A stretch of 64,000 bases of DNA from assembly GCA_964016885.1 (NCBI GenBank), contig OZ024742.1:311922001-311986000 (forward strand). Reading direction: 5' to 3'. Shown piece after piece: positions 23,641-46,934 of the stretch. Position 1 is the stretch's first letter; each line of letters opens with the position of its first letter. A model generated the notes under the pieces. The model was not told where the DNA came from. It ran no database searches and was given only the letters and a program-made list of their open reading frames with translations. Both the position numbers and the translations under genes were made by a program. The DNA is from Eledone cirrhosa (taxonomy: Eukaryota).

Positions 23641-24272
23641 AGTTAATATAAATTAATATATGATAAACACTATTATAGACATATAAATGCTTCTTTCTTT
23701 GAGCTAATTAATTGTAAAGGACTGTTTGAGTTTATAACTCTAAATATAATATAGTATTACGGCTCCTTTTGTTGAGCTAAATTTTAATCCCACATAAACG
23801 GCTGTTATTTCTAGCAGCATGAGTATGGGGTAGCTAGGAGCTGGGAAACCATGTGCGTTATCACTTGATAACCAGTCCTCCTAAGTATTTCGAGGTGAAA
23901 CATGCTAATTTTCTGGATACCTGCCGATGACCACAGAAATTGGAATCTTTCACTTTTTTAAATTATCGTTGCGAAACTTATTTGGATTTTGAAATTTAAA
24001 TTTGTCCGGGTATCACGGTTATTGCCAATATGGGTTTGTTTTTATTGATTTATTATTTTAAATCGCGACAGGCAAACTGTATTAATTTAATTAGTATTTT
24101 TCAATCTAGCTAACTTGGTCATTTACAATACAAACACTTATATGTCTATATTAGTGTTTATCATATATTAATTTTTATTAACTTGTATTTCACGGCTCAG
24201 AAATGCTTCTTTCTTTGAGCTAATTAATTGTAAAGGACTGTTTGAGTTTATAACTCTAAATATAATATAGTA
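23638..24272. mobile_element. Non-coding element with PLE-type geometry (short inverted arm plus about 514-bp partial tandem), (TA)n-flanked
   Basis: About 23638-23688 is inverted relative to 24137-24187; about 23686-23755 repeats directly at 24200-24272. Confidence 0.6.
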
Positions 24273-24355
24273 TATATATATATATATATATTTAATATAT
24301 AAATGGTTTCTACAGGACTATATATGTATGTATATGTATGTATATGTATGTATAT

Positions 24356-24472
<117 letters not shown>

Positions 24473-24512
24473 GTATATATATATATATAATATATATGTA
24501 TATATATATATA

Positions 24513-27351
24513 ATTATAAAATAACAGGAGGCTGGACTGGTGTAATTCCTTAAAGGTTTATTATAACTATGAACATTTCAATGACCGGGTTCAGTATGAC
24601 ATCATCAGGTATTCCGAAATTTAACAAAGGAATATAATAAACATAATCTGATCTTACTGTCTTGTCTTGTCTTACTGTACAGTCGCCCACTATATATATA
24701 TTTAAAAAATATATATTTCTTAGCACTTTGTAGCACTTCTGACTAACTTCTCTGTAACCTGATCTCACCGCTAGCCTCTGTCCATGACGGAGTGGTAGTA
24801 GTGCACTATAAGCTTACGACCCCTGACCAGAAAGACAAGACAAGACTAAGTAGAATCCTCACTTGAAGGCGGCCACCCGGATTGGCAACTGCTAATTTTT
24901 TGGCTACCTTCTCGTCTTGGGTATCTCTCTGCTTTTCGGCCCCTTGGATTGTGTCTATTATATTCCTTTGTTAAATTTCGGAATACCTGATGATATTACC
25001 AGATTCATACTCAACCCGGTCATTAAAATGTTCATAGTATAATAAACCTTTAAGGAATTACACCAGTCCAGCCTCCTGTTATTTTATAATAATTAACTCC
25101 GTACTCGCACCACCAACAACACAAACGAAGACGGGTGAGTTGCATTACGTCGAGTGCTCTCCCTAATATTACACCAAGGTTGACTATACGAAATGACCAG
25201 TTCTATCCAGTTGTGAACCAACAAACCTAAATGAATAAAGCTCCAGGATATGTCCAGCGTTTCTAGATGTACTAGAGAACAGGGGCCCTGGCACCAGCAT
25301 ACAGCTATCGCCAGCATGGGACTAACTGCACCCCATTCGGATTTTGGCTGCATTAAGCTATGTCTACCACACTACCCGAACCGTGCATTGCTGCTTCCGT
25401 CAGGAACACTCAAACTCCTCCGTCAGACCTCATAGACTCTTCGAACAATCAACATATTCTATTATACCCTGTCTTGTATTGACTGAATTCTCTATCCTAT
25501 ATTTCAAGGTATTGGGTTTCACATGGAAAATTAAGACTCGACCCTACACTACGTATCACCTGATACCACTCCTACTCTGCTATCCTCTCTATATTTATAA
25601 CCATGTATTCTCCAACCCTATTATCTATTGTTTATTTGCTACACCTTGATCTCTATTTTATTTCTTCTTTATTTTGATTTCTTCGACATGTTCTTATTTA
25701 CTTGCATTTTTATTCCCACAATTACCACTCTGGGTATGACTGCATTTTATTTATATATTTATTCATTTTATTCTCCTTATATACTTATCCTTGTACTCAT
25801 CTGTTACCTAAAATTAGCACACGACACTAGAATATTACTTTCTGTACCCTTTATATCTGTTTATCTTTAATTACTCCCCCTACCAACTCAGAAATCACAC
25901 TGCATATAAATTGGGATTGAATATAGTCTCCTTACCTATTTCATCAGATTTTGCTACTTTTAAACTTCACACGACGGGTGTGAATAACTAATAATCGTTT
26001 GGTACACGCGATGATCCGATGGATGTGGCAGCCTTCCTGCTTGCACGCCCAGCGCTCGAGTCGATCAACCTTCCTAGAGTGTCTGGAAAAATAAATTTCC
26101 CCTTCTTTCGGTAAACGAAAATACTCGGAACGGCTGTTACGCCCTTGGGCCCTGGGCGGGCTTGGAATCCACCGCGCCACCGGTTACTGACCGCCAAACA
26201 GTACTCTTAAATTCTAAGCTTAATCTTTAATCCTAACTTTAAATTATACCCTAAAAATTTATTATGCCTCCTTCTAGTAGTTCTTTAACTAAATCCCCCA
26301 CTAGTGTGAATAAATAATAATCGTTTGGTATACGCGATGATCAGCTGGCAGTGGCGGGCTTCCCGATAGCACCCCCGGCGCTTGAGACAGTTAACCTTCC
26401 TGGTGTGCATGGAAAAATAAATTTCCCTTTCTTTCGGTAGGCGAAACTACTCGGAACGGTTGACACGCCATTGGGCCCTGGGTGGGCTGGGAGTCCGTCA
26501 CGTCACTGGTTATTGACCGCCAAACGGTACTCTTAAACTTGGGCTTAATCTTACTTTTTAATCTTAATCTTAACTTTATATTCTACGCTGAAACTTTATT
26601 GTGACTATCAATAATACATTTAACCTTTTCACAAATGCTTCATTCTGTAAATTCTTTAACTAAATCTCCCAACTTTAAACCTAAATCTTACTTTTCTAAT
26701 CTTAATGTATGTATCTTATCTTTTAATTCTAAACATAAATTTTACATTTCTAATCTTTAATCGTAATTCTGACCCTACATTAACAAATCTACTGTACAGT
26801 CCCCACTATATATATATTAAAAAAATATATATATTTAAAAAAATATATATTTCTTAGCACTTTGTAGCACTTCTGACTAACTTCTATGTAACCTGATTTC
26901 ACCGCTAGCCTCTGTCCATGACGGAGTGGTAGTAGTGCACTATAAGCTTACGGCCCCTGATCAGAAAGACAAACAAGACTAAGTAGAATCCTCACTTGAA
27001 GGCGGCCACCCTCCTAATTTTTATGCTACCTTCTCGTCTTGGGCATCTCTCTGCTTTTCAGCCCCTTGGATTGTGTCTATTATATTCCTTTGTTAAATTT
27101 CGGAATACCTGATGATGTCACCGGATTCATAATGAACCCAGTCATAGTATAATAAACCTTTAAGGAATTACACCAGTCCAGCCTCCTGTTATTTTATAAT
27201 AATTAACTCCGTACTCGCACCACCAACAACACAAACGAAGACGGGTGAGTTGCATTACGTCGAGTGCTCTCCCTAATATTACATGAAGGTTGACTACACA
27301 TACGGAATGACCAGTTCTATTCAGTGGTGAACCAACAAACCTAAATGAATA
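24513..27351 (+). mobile_element. Non-autonomous PLE-like element: inverted arm (24513-24639), about 560-bp direct pLTR-like repeats (24673-25237, 26790-27351) with decayed HHR, no long ORF
   Basis: Visible direct and inverted repeats; three-copy consensus AUAC CUGAUGA ..ACCGG.UUCA-UAC-UGAA.CCGGU.. GAAA UGUUCA UA GUAU; (TA)n flanks. Confidence 0.7.
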
Positions 27352-27362
27352 TATATATATAT

Positions 27363-34300
<6,938 letters not shown>

Positions 34301-34331
34301 TATATATTGTATATATATATATATATAATAT

Positions 34332-34731
<400 letters not shown>

Positions 34732-34755
34732 TATGTTTATATATATATAATATAT

Positions 34756-34830
<75 letters not shown>

Positions 34831-34916
34831 GAGTATATATATATATATTATAAAAGAAGTAATTCCGTCGGAAAAGTCCAGGAAAAAAGAGTGCTCTATG
34901 TAGGTAACAGAGCTTA

Positions 34917-35113
34917 ATAGTTATGTAATAAACAACATAAGGCAATTATTCCATTTACCAGTGGTTTCTTAAAAGCAAAAAATTTTGCTTTCAATCATCA
35001 GAATGAAAAAAACCAGGATTTTTTCATTCTGATGATTGAAAGCAAATTTTTTTGCTTTCAAGAAACCACTGGTAAATGGAATAATTGCCTTATGTTGTTT
35101 ATTACATAACTAT
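34917..35113. repeat. Palindromic PLE-type remnant with an HHR in each arm (35023-35080 on +)
   Basis: About 95-bp arms; UUCAUU CUGAUGA UUGAAAGCAAA..UUUGCUUUCAA GAAA CCACUGG UA^AAUGGA. Confidence 0.8.
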
Positions 35114-35227
35114 ATATATTATATATATATAATATATATATATATATATTATATATATATATATATAATATATATATATATATTATATATATATTATATA
35201 TATATATATATATATAATATATATATA

Positions 35228-35390
<163 letters not shown>

Positions 35391-35429
35391 ATATTATATA
35401 TATATATATACAATATATATATATATATT

Positions 35430-35550
<121 letters not shown>

Positions 35551-35618
35551 ATATAATATATATATATATATATTATATATATATATTATATATAGTTATG
35601 TAATAAACAATATATAAT

Positions 35619-35690
<72 letters not shown>

Positions 35691-35691
35691 T

Positions 35692-35829
<138 letters not shown>

Positions 35830-36044
35830 CATATATTTCATATTACCTACTCTACTACTCCAAATATCGAGTACTCTGGTGAGAAATGGTTTAACTGGTT
35901 TTTAACGCCTCCATTCTGATTATTTTATTGTATTGTCAGTTGAATAAGATGAGCCTATGATATTTTTTACATAATATACAAACACACGATCTATGTGTTA
36001 TCCCATAATTGAACAGCGATAACAATTTTGACTGTAAGAAATGA

Positions 36045-36050
36045 TTTATT
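36045..36050 (-). promoter_or_regulatory. Candidate AATAAA polyadenylation signal of the ETS gene (another at 35924-35929)
   Basis: tttatt on + about 20 nt past the stop codon; the hexamer is common in AT-rich DNA. Confidence 0.3.
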
Positions 36051-36069
36051 GATACAAGAATCTCGTACT

Positions 36070-36205
36070 TCAGCTACGCTGCATTTCACTAAGTGGAATT
36101 TCTGGATTCGTTTTCTTTCTCAATCGGTCCATAGCAGATTTTAAGAAGCGGTAAACCAATCGACGTCCCTCAACACGTTCTATTATGTCTTTGCCGTAAT
36201 AATGT
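36070..36205 (-). CDS. ETS gene coding exon 5 (end of ETS domain and stop)
   Basis: ttttAG acceptor, phase 2; (R)HYYGKDIIERVEGRRLVYRFLKSAMDRLRKKTNPEIPLSEMQRS*. Confidence 0.92.
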
Positions 36206-36299
36206 CTAAAAGTGAGAAACAAAAATATTGAAAGTATGAAAACATGGAAATTTCATTGAGAGCTGTTTATTTATTTATTTATTCAGTTTACATAGCTTG

Positions 36300-36545
36300 C
36301 TCTGACCGATCGACAAGATCCCAGACCTCATTCGCTTGCCGAGTGATGTGGACCTCGTAAAATAGGACCAAGGAAACAATGTTTCCATTGGTATTTCCAT
36401 TGCTGATATTATCAACCAGTCGCAAATCCTGGCGTGAAATAAAGTGTGTTGTTCAAGGTCTCAACGCATCACCCGGTCCATGAATTGAACTCGCAATCTC
36501 ATGATTGCGAATCCGACTCTCTAACCACTAAGCCACGCGCCTAGA
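36300..36545 (-). mobile_element. Second SINE family; related copy at about 41345-41575
   Basis: Shared gtgaaataaagtgt.ttg..caagg...aac.catc.cccggtc block and tRNA-like end in both copies. Confidence 0.55.
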
Positions 36546-37679
36546 GTTGACGCAAAAGAATATTTTGCAAGGACATGTTTTTTTCTAGTTCAATTTTTTT
36601 TTTTTTTTTTTAGCTTTTTTCCACTTTTTTAAAGAGTGAAAAATATACGTAGTGATTTACAAACCTAATAGCTATCAGTCTACTTTACAAAGGTAAATTT
36701 GTGTCAGCCATATTCCCTCATTGCCTATTTCGAATTCTAATTAATTGAGACTTCGGAGCATCAAACCAGTAAAAAAAATTATATACTTTTATTTTATCTT
36801 TTATTTTGAGTTGTTACCTTTACAATTGCTTGATTTAAGCATTCTTCGTTGTTTACCTCTTCTCAATAAGGTGACAAACTGGCAGAGTCGTTAGAGCGTC
36901 GGATAGAATGATTTCTTGTATAGGCACAAGACCGGTAATTTGGGGGGAGGGGAAAGTCGATTAAATCAACCCTGTAAGGATGAAAGGCAAAGTTAACCTC
37001 GGCGGGATTTGAATTCAGAACGTAAAGGGCCGTAACTCTATGCTGCAAAGCATGGTGTCCGACTCTCTACCGATACTGCCAATAGAATGCTCTGTGGTAT
37101 TCATTCCGGGTCTCTGCGTTCTGAATTCAAATCCCGCCGAAGTCAAATTTGCTTTTCATCCTTTCAAGGTTTATAAAAAGGTATCAGTTCAGTATTAGGT
37201 CCAATTATTCCTCTATATCTCTTCTATTTACCCTTCCTTTACGCCCTATCTCTTTCTTTCTTCTTCTGGAATAAATTGTTTATGTTCAGGTCTGGAGAGG
37301 GTTATGCTCTACCAGATTTAAAATAAAAATTTAAAAAATGCCTTAGATACACCATATATCAAGACGGCGTCCCTGCGACTTCACCGGGAGATACGGATCA
37401 AATGAATGAAATGCGGGTATAGCCGTGATTGATTAGTTATTATGCACTCTACAGCATGTTGTGCTTGAACTTACATCACTATTTATTTACAGGTGAGCTT
37501 TGTTTATTATTGTGAGCCGAACACACTAACTATAGAATATGATGTGGAATAAGGGAACAGTAATAGAATACCATGCAGCATAAAAGAATAATGCTATAAC
37601 GCCGTACATAAGAAGATAAAGAGGGAGTACAATAAGAGAACAACGATATATATATATATATATGGCAAAGAATAATTAT

Positions 37680-37950
37680 ATACAGTGCAGAATAGAACAA
37701 CAGTAATAAAATAGGGTGCAGAATAAGAGAATATTAATAGAATACGTTGCAGAATAAGAGAACATTAATGAAATGAGATGAGGAATAAGAGAATAATCAT
37801 AGAATGCGGTGCAAAATAAGAAAACAGTGATAGAATACGATGAAGAATGAACGAACAATCACAGAACACGGTGTAGAATAAGAGAACAGTAATAGAAAAC
37901 GAGGAATAATTAGATAATAGTGATAGGATACGGTGCAAAATACGAGAGAA
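37680..37950. repeat. Degenerate 31-bp minisatellite (consensus about aatagaatacggtgcagaataagagaacagt)
   Basis: Roughly nine diverged tandem units visible. Confidence 0.7.
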
Positions 37951-38139
37951 ATGATGAAATACTAGTGATTAATTCAACGTGTAATTTAATCATGTTTTTG
38001 TAGTTGAACCCAGTTTGTGTAGTTGAACCCCGTTTGTGTAGTTGTAAAGGCTGCAGTAGGCTTAGCGAGAATAAATACATACAGATATGATGCCGTATGT
38101 ATGTATGTATGTATGTATGTATGTATGTGCGACATATAA

Positions 38140-39060
38140 AGTCATTGTACAGATTTCATCAGAACTGCCTCAGAAAAATCCTTAACATATCCTCTTACTC
38201 TAGATACAGTCGTTCTTAAGAGAGCAAACATAAGTTCGATAGAGTCAATGATTATGCTTAGTCACCTAAGATGGTCAGGGCACCTTGTTCGTCTTGCTGA
38301 TAGCCGCATTCCTAAACAACTTTTCTCCGGTGTACTAAAACTAAGAAAAAGAAACGATATAAAACTTCCTTAAAAGAGACACTGAAGAAAGTGAAAATAA
38401 TTTGTAACAACTAGGAATAAGGAGCTCACTATAGAGTAGGTTTGAGACGCAAAATAAAATAGAATGTGAATACCATTGAAGATGAACATGTTAGATATGT
38501 TGAATATAAAAGCGCTCCGCGAAAATAGGACATGTGCTTCCTTACAGAAAATGATCTTGAACTTTTTCTTTGTCCACACTGAATAAGTTATGCTAGCATG
38601 GTCCCGTAACTCTTAAAGGAGTCGTAGAAGCGCCATATTGACATACGGCGTTTCTAGTGCATTTTAAAACCTAGCGGAGCCCAGCCCTCTCCAGATCTGA
38701 ATACAGCACTTCCAGAGAAGGAGAGATAGTGAAAGAGAGGAAGTAAGAAAGAGATATAGAGGAAGTATCGACACCAGTACTAGACTGGTACTTTTTTTAT
38801 CGACCTCGAAAGGATGAAAGGCAAAGTTGATCTCGGCGGGATTTGAAATCAGAGAGCAGATAGTCGAAACGAATACCGCAAAGCATTCTATTCAACTTTC
38901 TAACGACTCAGCCAACTCGCCGCCTTTATTATACTTACAAAATGCAAGTATGAAATCTCATTTCAGGCCGCATGATATAATTCAATTTACATATATGAAC
39001 ATAGAATTTATATGCCAAATTTGCCACAAAAGATGCAAGTCATCTCGTGGTCTGGGGATG
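38140..39060 (+). mobile_element. Decayed RTE (BovB-like) LINE C-terminal region, interrupted by other repeats
   Basis: Fragments RFHQNCLRKILNI, VLKRANISSIESMIMLSHLRWSGHLVRLADSRIPKQLFSG and FICQICHKRCKSSRGL. Confidence 0.75.
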
Positions 39061-39835
39061 ATTCAGGGGAGAACCCTTTGTCATCAACACCGTTTAAATT
39101 CAACTGTACAATTTGCCACGGTATAAATGTTTCTACTTAATAAGATAAAAGTTTGCACAATCAAGAAGAGCCTTGTTCCTTCACCGAGTGACATTGTTGT
39201 TTGTATGTATATATGTATATATGTATATTTGTATGTATGTATGTATGTATGGATGTATGGATGTATGTATGTATGTATGTATGTATGTATGTATGTACAG
39301 AATTCTAGGAGAAGGAAAACTCTGATATAACACCTGCAACCCTGATGGTATCCAATGATGTTGACTTGTTCTTCTTTTTGGTAAATATCATCTTGGTTAA
39401 GAGAGTGGAACTGGCTTTGTGCAGTGCCTTTGCCCACTATAAAAGCTTCACGGCACAGGCATTGTTTTATATCTGGAGGTCTCTCTGCACTTGTCGTCAC
39501 ATGGTATCATGGGCCCAGCACTATGTGTCAATAATTGTCACAAGTGTAGTGTTTGTACCAGAGTTTTCAAGTCGCTGGCTGGACTAAAAAGCCACACTCG
39601 TTCAGCACATCGGTAGGGGTTCTCCTACATGGATATAAAGTAGTGGCCGTACTCGAAAACGAGTTGGCAGCCACCATGTATGTATGTATGTATGTATGTA
39701 TGTATGTATTCAAAACGCCAGCAACAACAGTTTTGCAAGAGATGTCAACATGAATGGACCTGTTATTTTTATCTAAAGATATTTTTTCCAATTCCAACCC
39801 ACCTGTCCCCTCAATCTATCTTATTTCTCATTCTT

Positions 39836-39871
39836 TCTTCTGGTGAAGGACTAGCGTCCGAAACGTTAAGA
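39836..39871 (+). ncRNA. Degenerate PLE-type HHR motif (core CUGGUGA) in a solo pLTR-like fragment, antisense in the last ETS intron
   Basis: UCUU CUGGUGA A GGAC-UAGC-GUCC GAAACGUU AAGA. Confidence 0.5.
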
Positions 39872-39989
39872 CCTCTTCCTGCTATATCAAGCGTTAACCT
39901 AATATATCCCTCCCATATACTGTACTGATTGTGTTGTTATTTCTGTTTACCTTTTACATACATATATATATATATATATATATACTAAC

Positions 39990-40182
39990 CTCATGGCGCG
40001 ACTTAATTTTTCGTAGTTCATATTTTCATTGTTCTTTGCTTCTCCCCAAAGCTTGGCAAATTTTTCTGAGTGAACAAAACGAAACTTCCCGTTCGCCTCG
40101 TCTTCCCATCGTATGATGAACGGATTAAAGTTAGTGTTCTGTAGAATGGAGTAGATAAATTCCCAGAGCGGAAGAATTTTCA
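39990..40182 (-). CDS. ETS gene coding exon 4 (main ETS domain)
   Basis: ccaccAG acceptor (phase 1), GTTAGT donor (phase 2); (M)KILPLWEFIYSILQNTNFNPFIIRWEDEANGKFRFVHSEKFAKLWGEAKNNENMNYEKLSRAM(R). Confidence 0.95.
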
Positions 40183-41029
40183 CTGGTGGAAAGAGAAAAA
40201 TAAAATAGAAAGCATGTTTGAGGTTTCCTATATGCAGAATTGTTCTCAAGTTCATACATAAACTTCACAAACATCACACACATATACCCATATATATACA
40301 CACACTCACATATCACCCACATACACACACACACATACATACACACACATAAATACATACATTTATACATAGATCCATGGGTTCTGAACTCCTGATTAAG
40401 TTGTATGGGCGCCGTGTTAATGTTTTAAGCCTGACATTTTCCCTGTCTGTGTTTGAATTAAACGGAATGCTTCCAGAGAGGGGGTGGGGGGTGCGATGGA
40501 GAAAGAAAGAGAGAGGCGGAGAAAAAGAGATAGCAGAAGGAGTGACCCCAATACTAAACTGGTTCGTTATTTATTGGCTTCGAAAGGATGAAAGGTAAAG
40601 TTGGCGTCGGCGGGAATTAAACCCAGAGAGTAGAGCGCAAGAACGAATATCGTCAAACATTCTATCGGACATTTAAATGTCCTTGCCTCCTTACCATCGT
40701 GACCTTACATGTATGGTTTTAATTCAGACACAGTGCCAACGATTTTTTGGGTGGGAAGGGAGTCAGTTATACTGACCTCAGTACTTTACTGGTACTTTAT
40801 TTTATCGACCTCGGAAAGATGAAAGGAATGGCAAAGTTGATCTCAGCAGGATTTAAAATTAGATTATATAACAGTCATGGGCAACCTGCGACCCGCGAAG
40901 CTTTCTGAATGGCTTGCCTAAGTCACCTAAGTGAAATCTTTCTGATTTTTTTTTACCCCAACTTTTCCGTCGTAATTTATCTTTCTATCATTTTTACATT
41001 CGGGGGGACTACTGCATATATAAACTTAC

Positions 41030-41245
41030 TTTTTTTTATTCCAGGCGAATCTTTATTCAATGGGTGGAGTCTTGGGCGCCCAGGCTTTCTCTTCGGTTGA
41101 CACGATTGAAACAGTTTTTGTTCGTTGCTATGTATTGTCATATCATTGTTGGTCATCATTTGACACGAATGAACACTATCATCAGTTCTGTTCTGGTTAA
41201 TCGATTCTTCTAGAAACGGTACCTCCAGTTTTGGTATAACAATGC
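41030..41245 (-). CDS. ETS gene coding exon 3 (contains AT-hook PKRKPGRPR)
   Basis: ccttcAG acceptor and GTAAGT donor, 216 bp, phase 1-1, open frame. Confidence 0.88.
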
Positions 41246-43052
41246 CTGAAGGAAATAGAATATTTGATTATAAAACAAAAGCTGGGTTTTGTGTTACAGG
41301 CAACCAGCCACTAAAATACAGATTTATGTACATATTTAGGAATTTATTGACAAGTCCCAGACCTAGTTCGCTTACTGAATAGGGTAGATTCGTCTAATTG
41401 GTCTTTCCATTGTTCTTTCCATTGATGGTGCTATCTACCGGTAGCAAACCCTGGCAGAAAGACCAACGTGAAATAAAGTGTCTTGCACAAGGACATAACT
41501 CATCGCCCGGTCAGAGAATCGAACTTAGAACCTCATAATTAAAGCAAACTCAACCATTTGGCCATGCTGCTACCACTGTCATAGACATACGAGTAGTTGT
41601 ACAAACATAATAATTTACTGTGAGATTAATGTAGAAGACATTTAGTTAACAGTAGCGGATCCTTACTTGAATTATTGAGTAGAGTGTCGTGGTGCTGCTG
41701 ATGTGAATGGAGAGGAAATCTGTCAAACTCCAACGGATATAAAATATCTAATTTACTATCATTCATGTTCATGCTACATTGATTGTCCTTGATATACTCA
41801 ACAGAATAATATTCTTTTGGTGATGTAAGTTGATTATTATCTTCAGTGTGTATATTCGCTGCAATGATAAATAATATTTAAAACGAAGAACGTAGATAAT
41901 GGTTTCTAATTTAGGCATAAAGCCAGTTATTTTATAATTGTTTTTTTAGAGAAGAGATTTGTCGCATAAATTGACCTTAGTACATAACTGGTACTTCATT
42001 ATATAGATCCGGAGAGGATTAAAGGCCAGATTTACCCCGTCGGAATTCATAGGTAAAGGACACTTAACTCATGATAGAGTCGTAGTGGCACCGTCCTGAC
42101 ACATGGCGTGTATTAGACATTTTAAACCTGATATAACTTTGATCACTCATCACTCATGCTTATGCAAGTATTCCTTTTTGTTGCAACGGATGTCACTGTC
42201 CGTGGCAATGCCTTCGCCATTCTGTCTGTGGGGCACGGCCGAATCACCATTCAGGCTGGGGTGTCGAGTCTGTTCCTCACCACCTCTCTCTCTCTCTATC
42301 TCTCCCCGCCTCTCCTCCCCTCACTCTCTCTCTCTCTCTCTCTCTCTCAACTCTTTCCTTCGTTGCTTCAGTCTCTTTCTTTTCTTTTTCTTCTTTCCCT
42401 TTCCTTTTTTGTTTCATTTGAATATTATTATTTTATCAGACTTTACGGCGGTGGATTGGCAGTATCGATAGAGAGTCGGACGCCATGCTTTGCAGCATAG
42501 AGTTACGGTCCTTTACGGTCTGAGTTCAAATCCGGTCGAGGTTAATTTTGCCTTTCATCTTTACGCGGTCGATAAAATAAAGTACCAGTAATGCACTGGT
42601 GACGATATAATCGACTTTCCCCTCTCCCCAAAATTGCTGGCCTTGTGCCTATATAAGAAACCATTATTTTATCAGACTTTACAATGTTATCTCATGGTAT
42701 ATTAAACTGAAATCTTTAAATAACTTTTTTTTAATATTCAAAAATTATTTGAAAAATCACAGATTGCGTATTTCATTAGAAAGCTAGTAACGAAAGAGAT
42801 AATTGTTTCTACATTTGGCACAAGGCCAGCAGTTATCCCAGTGCATTACTGGTACTTTATTTTATCGATGAAAAGCAAAGTTAACCTCGGCTGGATTTGA
42901 ACTCAGACCGTAAAGGGCCGTAACTCTATTCTGAAAATCACGGCGTCCGGCCCTCTACCGATACTGCCAATCCACCACCCTTCGAAAGAGATAATGGATG
43001 CCCAACGCATTTTTTTTCTTCTTTAAATGAGAAGAAACATCTATTTGCTTAC

Positions 43053-43295
43053 CATATTCACCGAAATGTCTCAGACAGTGAAACAACATAGCACCATTTT
43101 CTGGATCGCGGTTGATGAGTTCCTCGCGTGACATACGTCTAAGCTGACAACCGTTCTTGACATCTCGGAAGAAATTATTATGATAAATAATGGAGTTGAT
43201 TTTATTTAGTTGTAATGTATAAGCCATCCAGTCTAATAGTTCTGGAAGATTCCATAAATCTGGATTTATTTCCCACCAATTGTGCTGGTATATAT
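43053..43295 (-). CDS. ETS gene coding exon 2 (SAM/Pointed domain)
   Basis: attcAG acceptor and GTAAGC donor, 243 bp, phase 1-1; NPDLWNLPELLDWM..F..NGCQLRRMSREELINRDPENGAMLFHCL fits the PNT pattern. Confidence 0.9.
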
Positions 43296-43362
43296 CTGAA
43301 TAATAACAACAACCAAAAACACAGAAAAATTATATATATATATATGTGTGTGTGTGTGTGAG

Positions 43363-43424
<62 letters not shown>

Positions 43425-43695
43425 ATTTAAAACTGCACTATCCACAAGTGTTTTTTTAACCTTCATATCATGTCTTCCTATTTTATCTGATGAAAACACA
43501 AATGTTATTGCATGATGATATTTGTTTTTGAAATGCGCATAATAAAATACATGGAACTCTTTGAACCATCTTTTGATCTTATATATTATGTATACTCCAG
43601 TCCTACAAACTGTAGAGTGCTTCTTATCCGATATCTGCATTGCTTTATTGTACTACAATAAAACTCACCTCCTACATATATATATATATATATAT

Positions 43696-44053
43696 AGTGT
43701 TAGACGGTAAGGCGACACAAACAAGAGATGGAAAGTTCCCCTTCGTTTGCTGTTTACTACGGGTCATGGATGTTTCGGCGCATTTTCTCTTCGGTTACTC
43801 ATTTACATGTGCCATTGTCCTGTGTTCCCTCTTTTATCGGTATATTTACTTCGTTTTTTTTTCTTCTCCTCCCCTTTTTTTCTTTTTCTCTCTCTTCGCT
43901 ATCACTTCTTTCCCTCGTGGCTTTTTGATAGATAAAAGGCTGTGGGCGCGCGATGGATCGATATTCTGTTTATAATGCATCCATGACCCGTAGTAAACAG
44001 CTGACGAAGGGAAACTTTCCATCTCTTGTTTGTGTCGCCTTACCTTCTAACAC
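43696..44053. repeat. Small element with about 65-bp inverted arms between (TA)n tracts
   Basis: About 43696-43761 is the reverse complement of about 43978-44053. Confidence 0.65.
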
Positions 44054-44127
44054 TCGTTATCAGAAACCACACAGCCTCGCCTTCCTCAATATATATATAT
44101 ATATATATATATGCATATGTATATATA

Positions 44128-46172
<2,045 letters not shown>

Positions 46173-46211
46173 TATATCACAACTCGTGTGTTACACCTCT
46201 ATTTTTTAAAA

Positions 46212-46265
<54 letters not shown>

Positions 46266-46291
46266 TATGTATGTATATATATATGCATATG

Positions 46292-46384
<93 letters not shown>

Positions 46385-46804
46385 AAGTAAGTCCTTCATC
46401 AGTGACCCTCCAACCGTCCTAGGCATTTCATCGCTTTAAGGGCCATATACCTCAGGTTGGTGCGAACAACGGCTAAAAAAAGTCGTTGGGACACGTAAAT
46501 AAAGGGGACGTTAGGGTGAACAAACAAAATGGTTTAAGCAACAGAAAGTGAGAAGAAAGAGACAAGTCCCAGATTTCTATGAATATAAACTCGGTGAAAT
46601 CGTGAACAAGAGAATAAAGACCATCAAACCTGGTTGAAATGTGAGCGAGGAAGGAATTTCGCACAGGTCTAACGGGGGGAAGAAGAAGGGGTCTGGTCTG
46701 CGAATTCGGTAAACATAAGTTCTGTGAAGTCGCAGACGAGAGAGAGAGAGAGAAATATATATATATATATCACAACTCGTGTGTTACACCTCTATTTTTT
46801 AAAA

Positions 46805-46864
<60 letters not shown>

Positions 46865-46895
46865 TATGTATGTATATATATATGCATATGTATAT

Positions 46896-46934
<39 letters not shown>

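Noticed and set aside
43990-44030. CTGACGA..GAAA at about 44001 (and CTGA(T/C)GAAGGACT fragments near 46395 and 49425, CAGAAGA..GAAA near 61420) as hammerheads
   Set aside because: Helices I-III cannot all be formed by eye; at most decayed remnants
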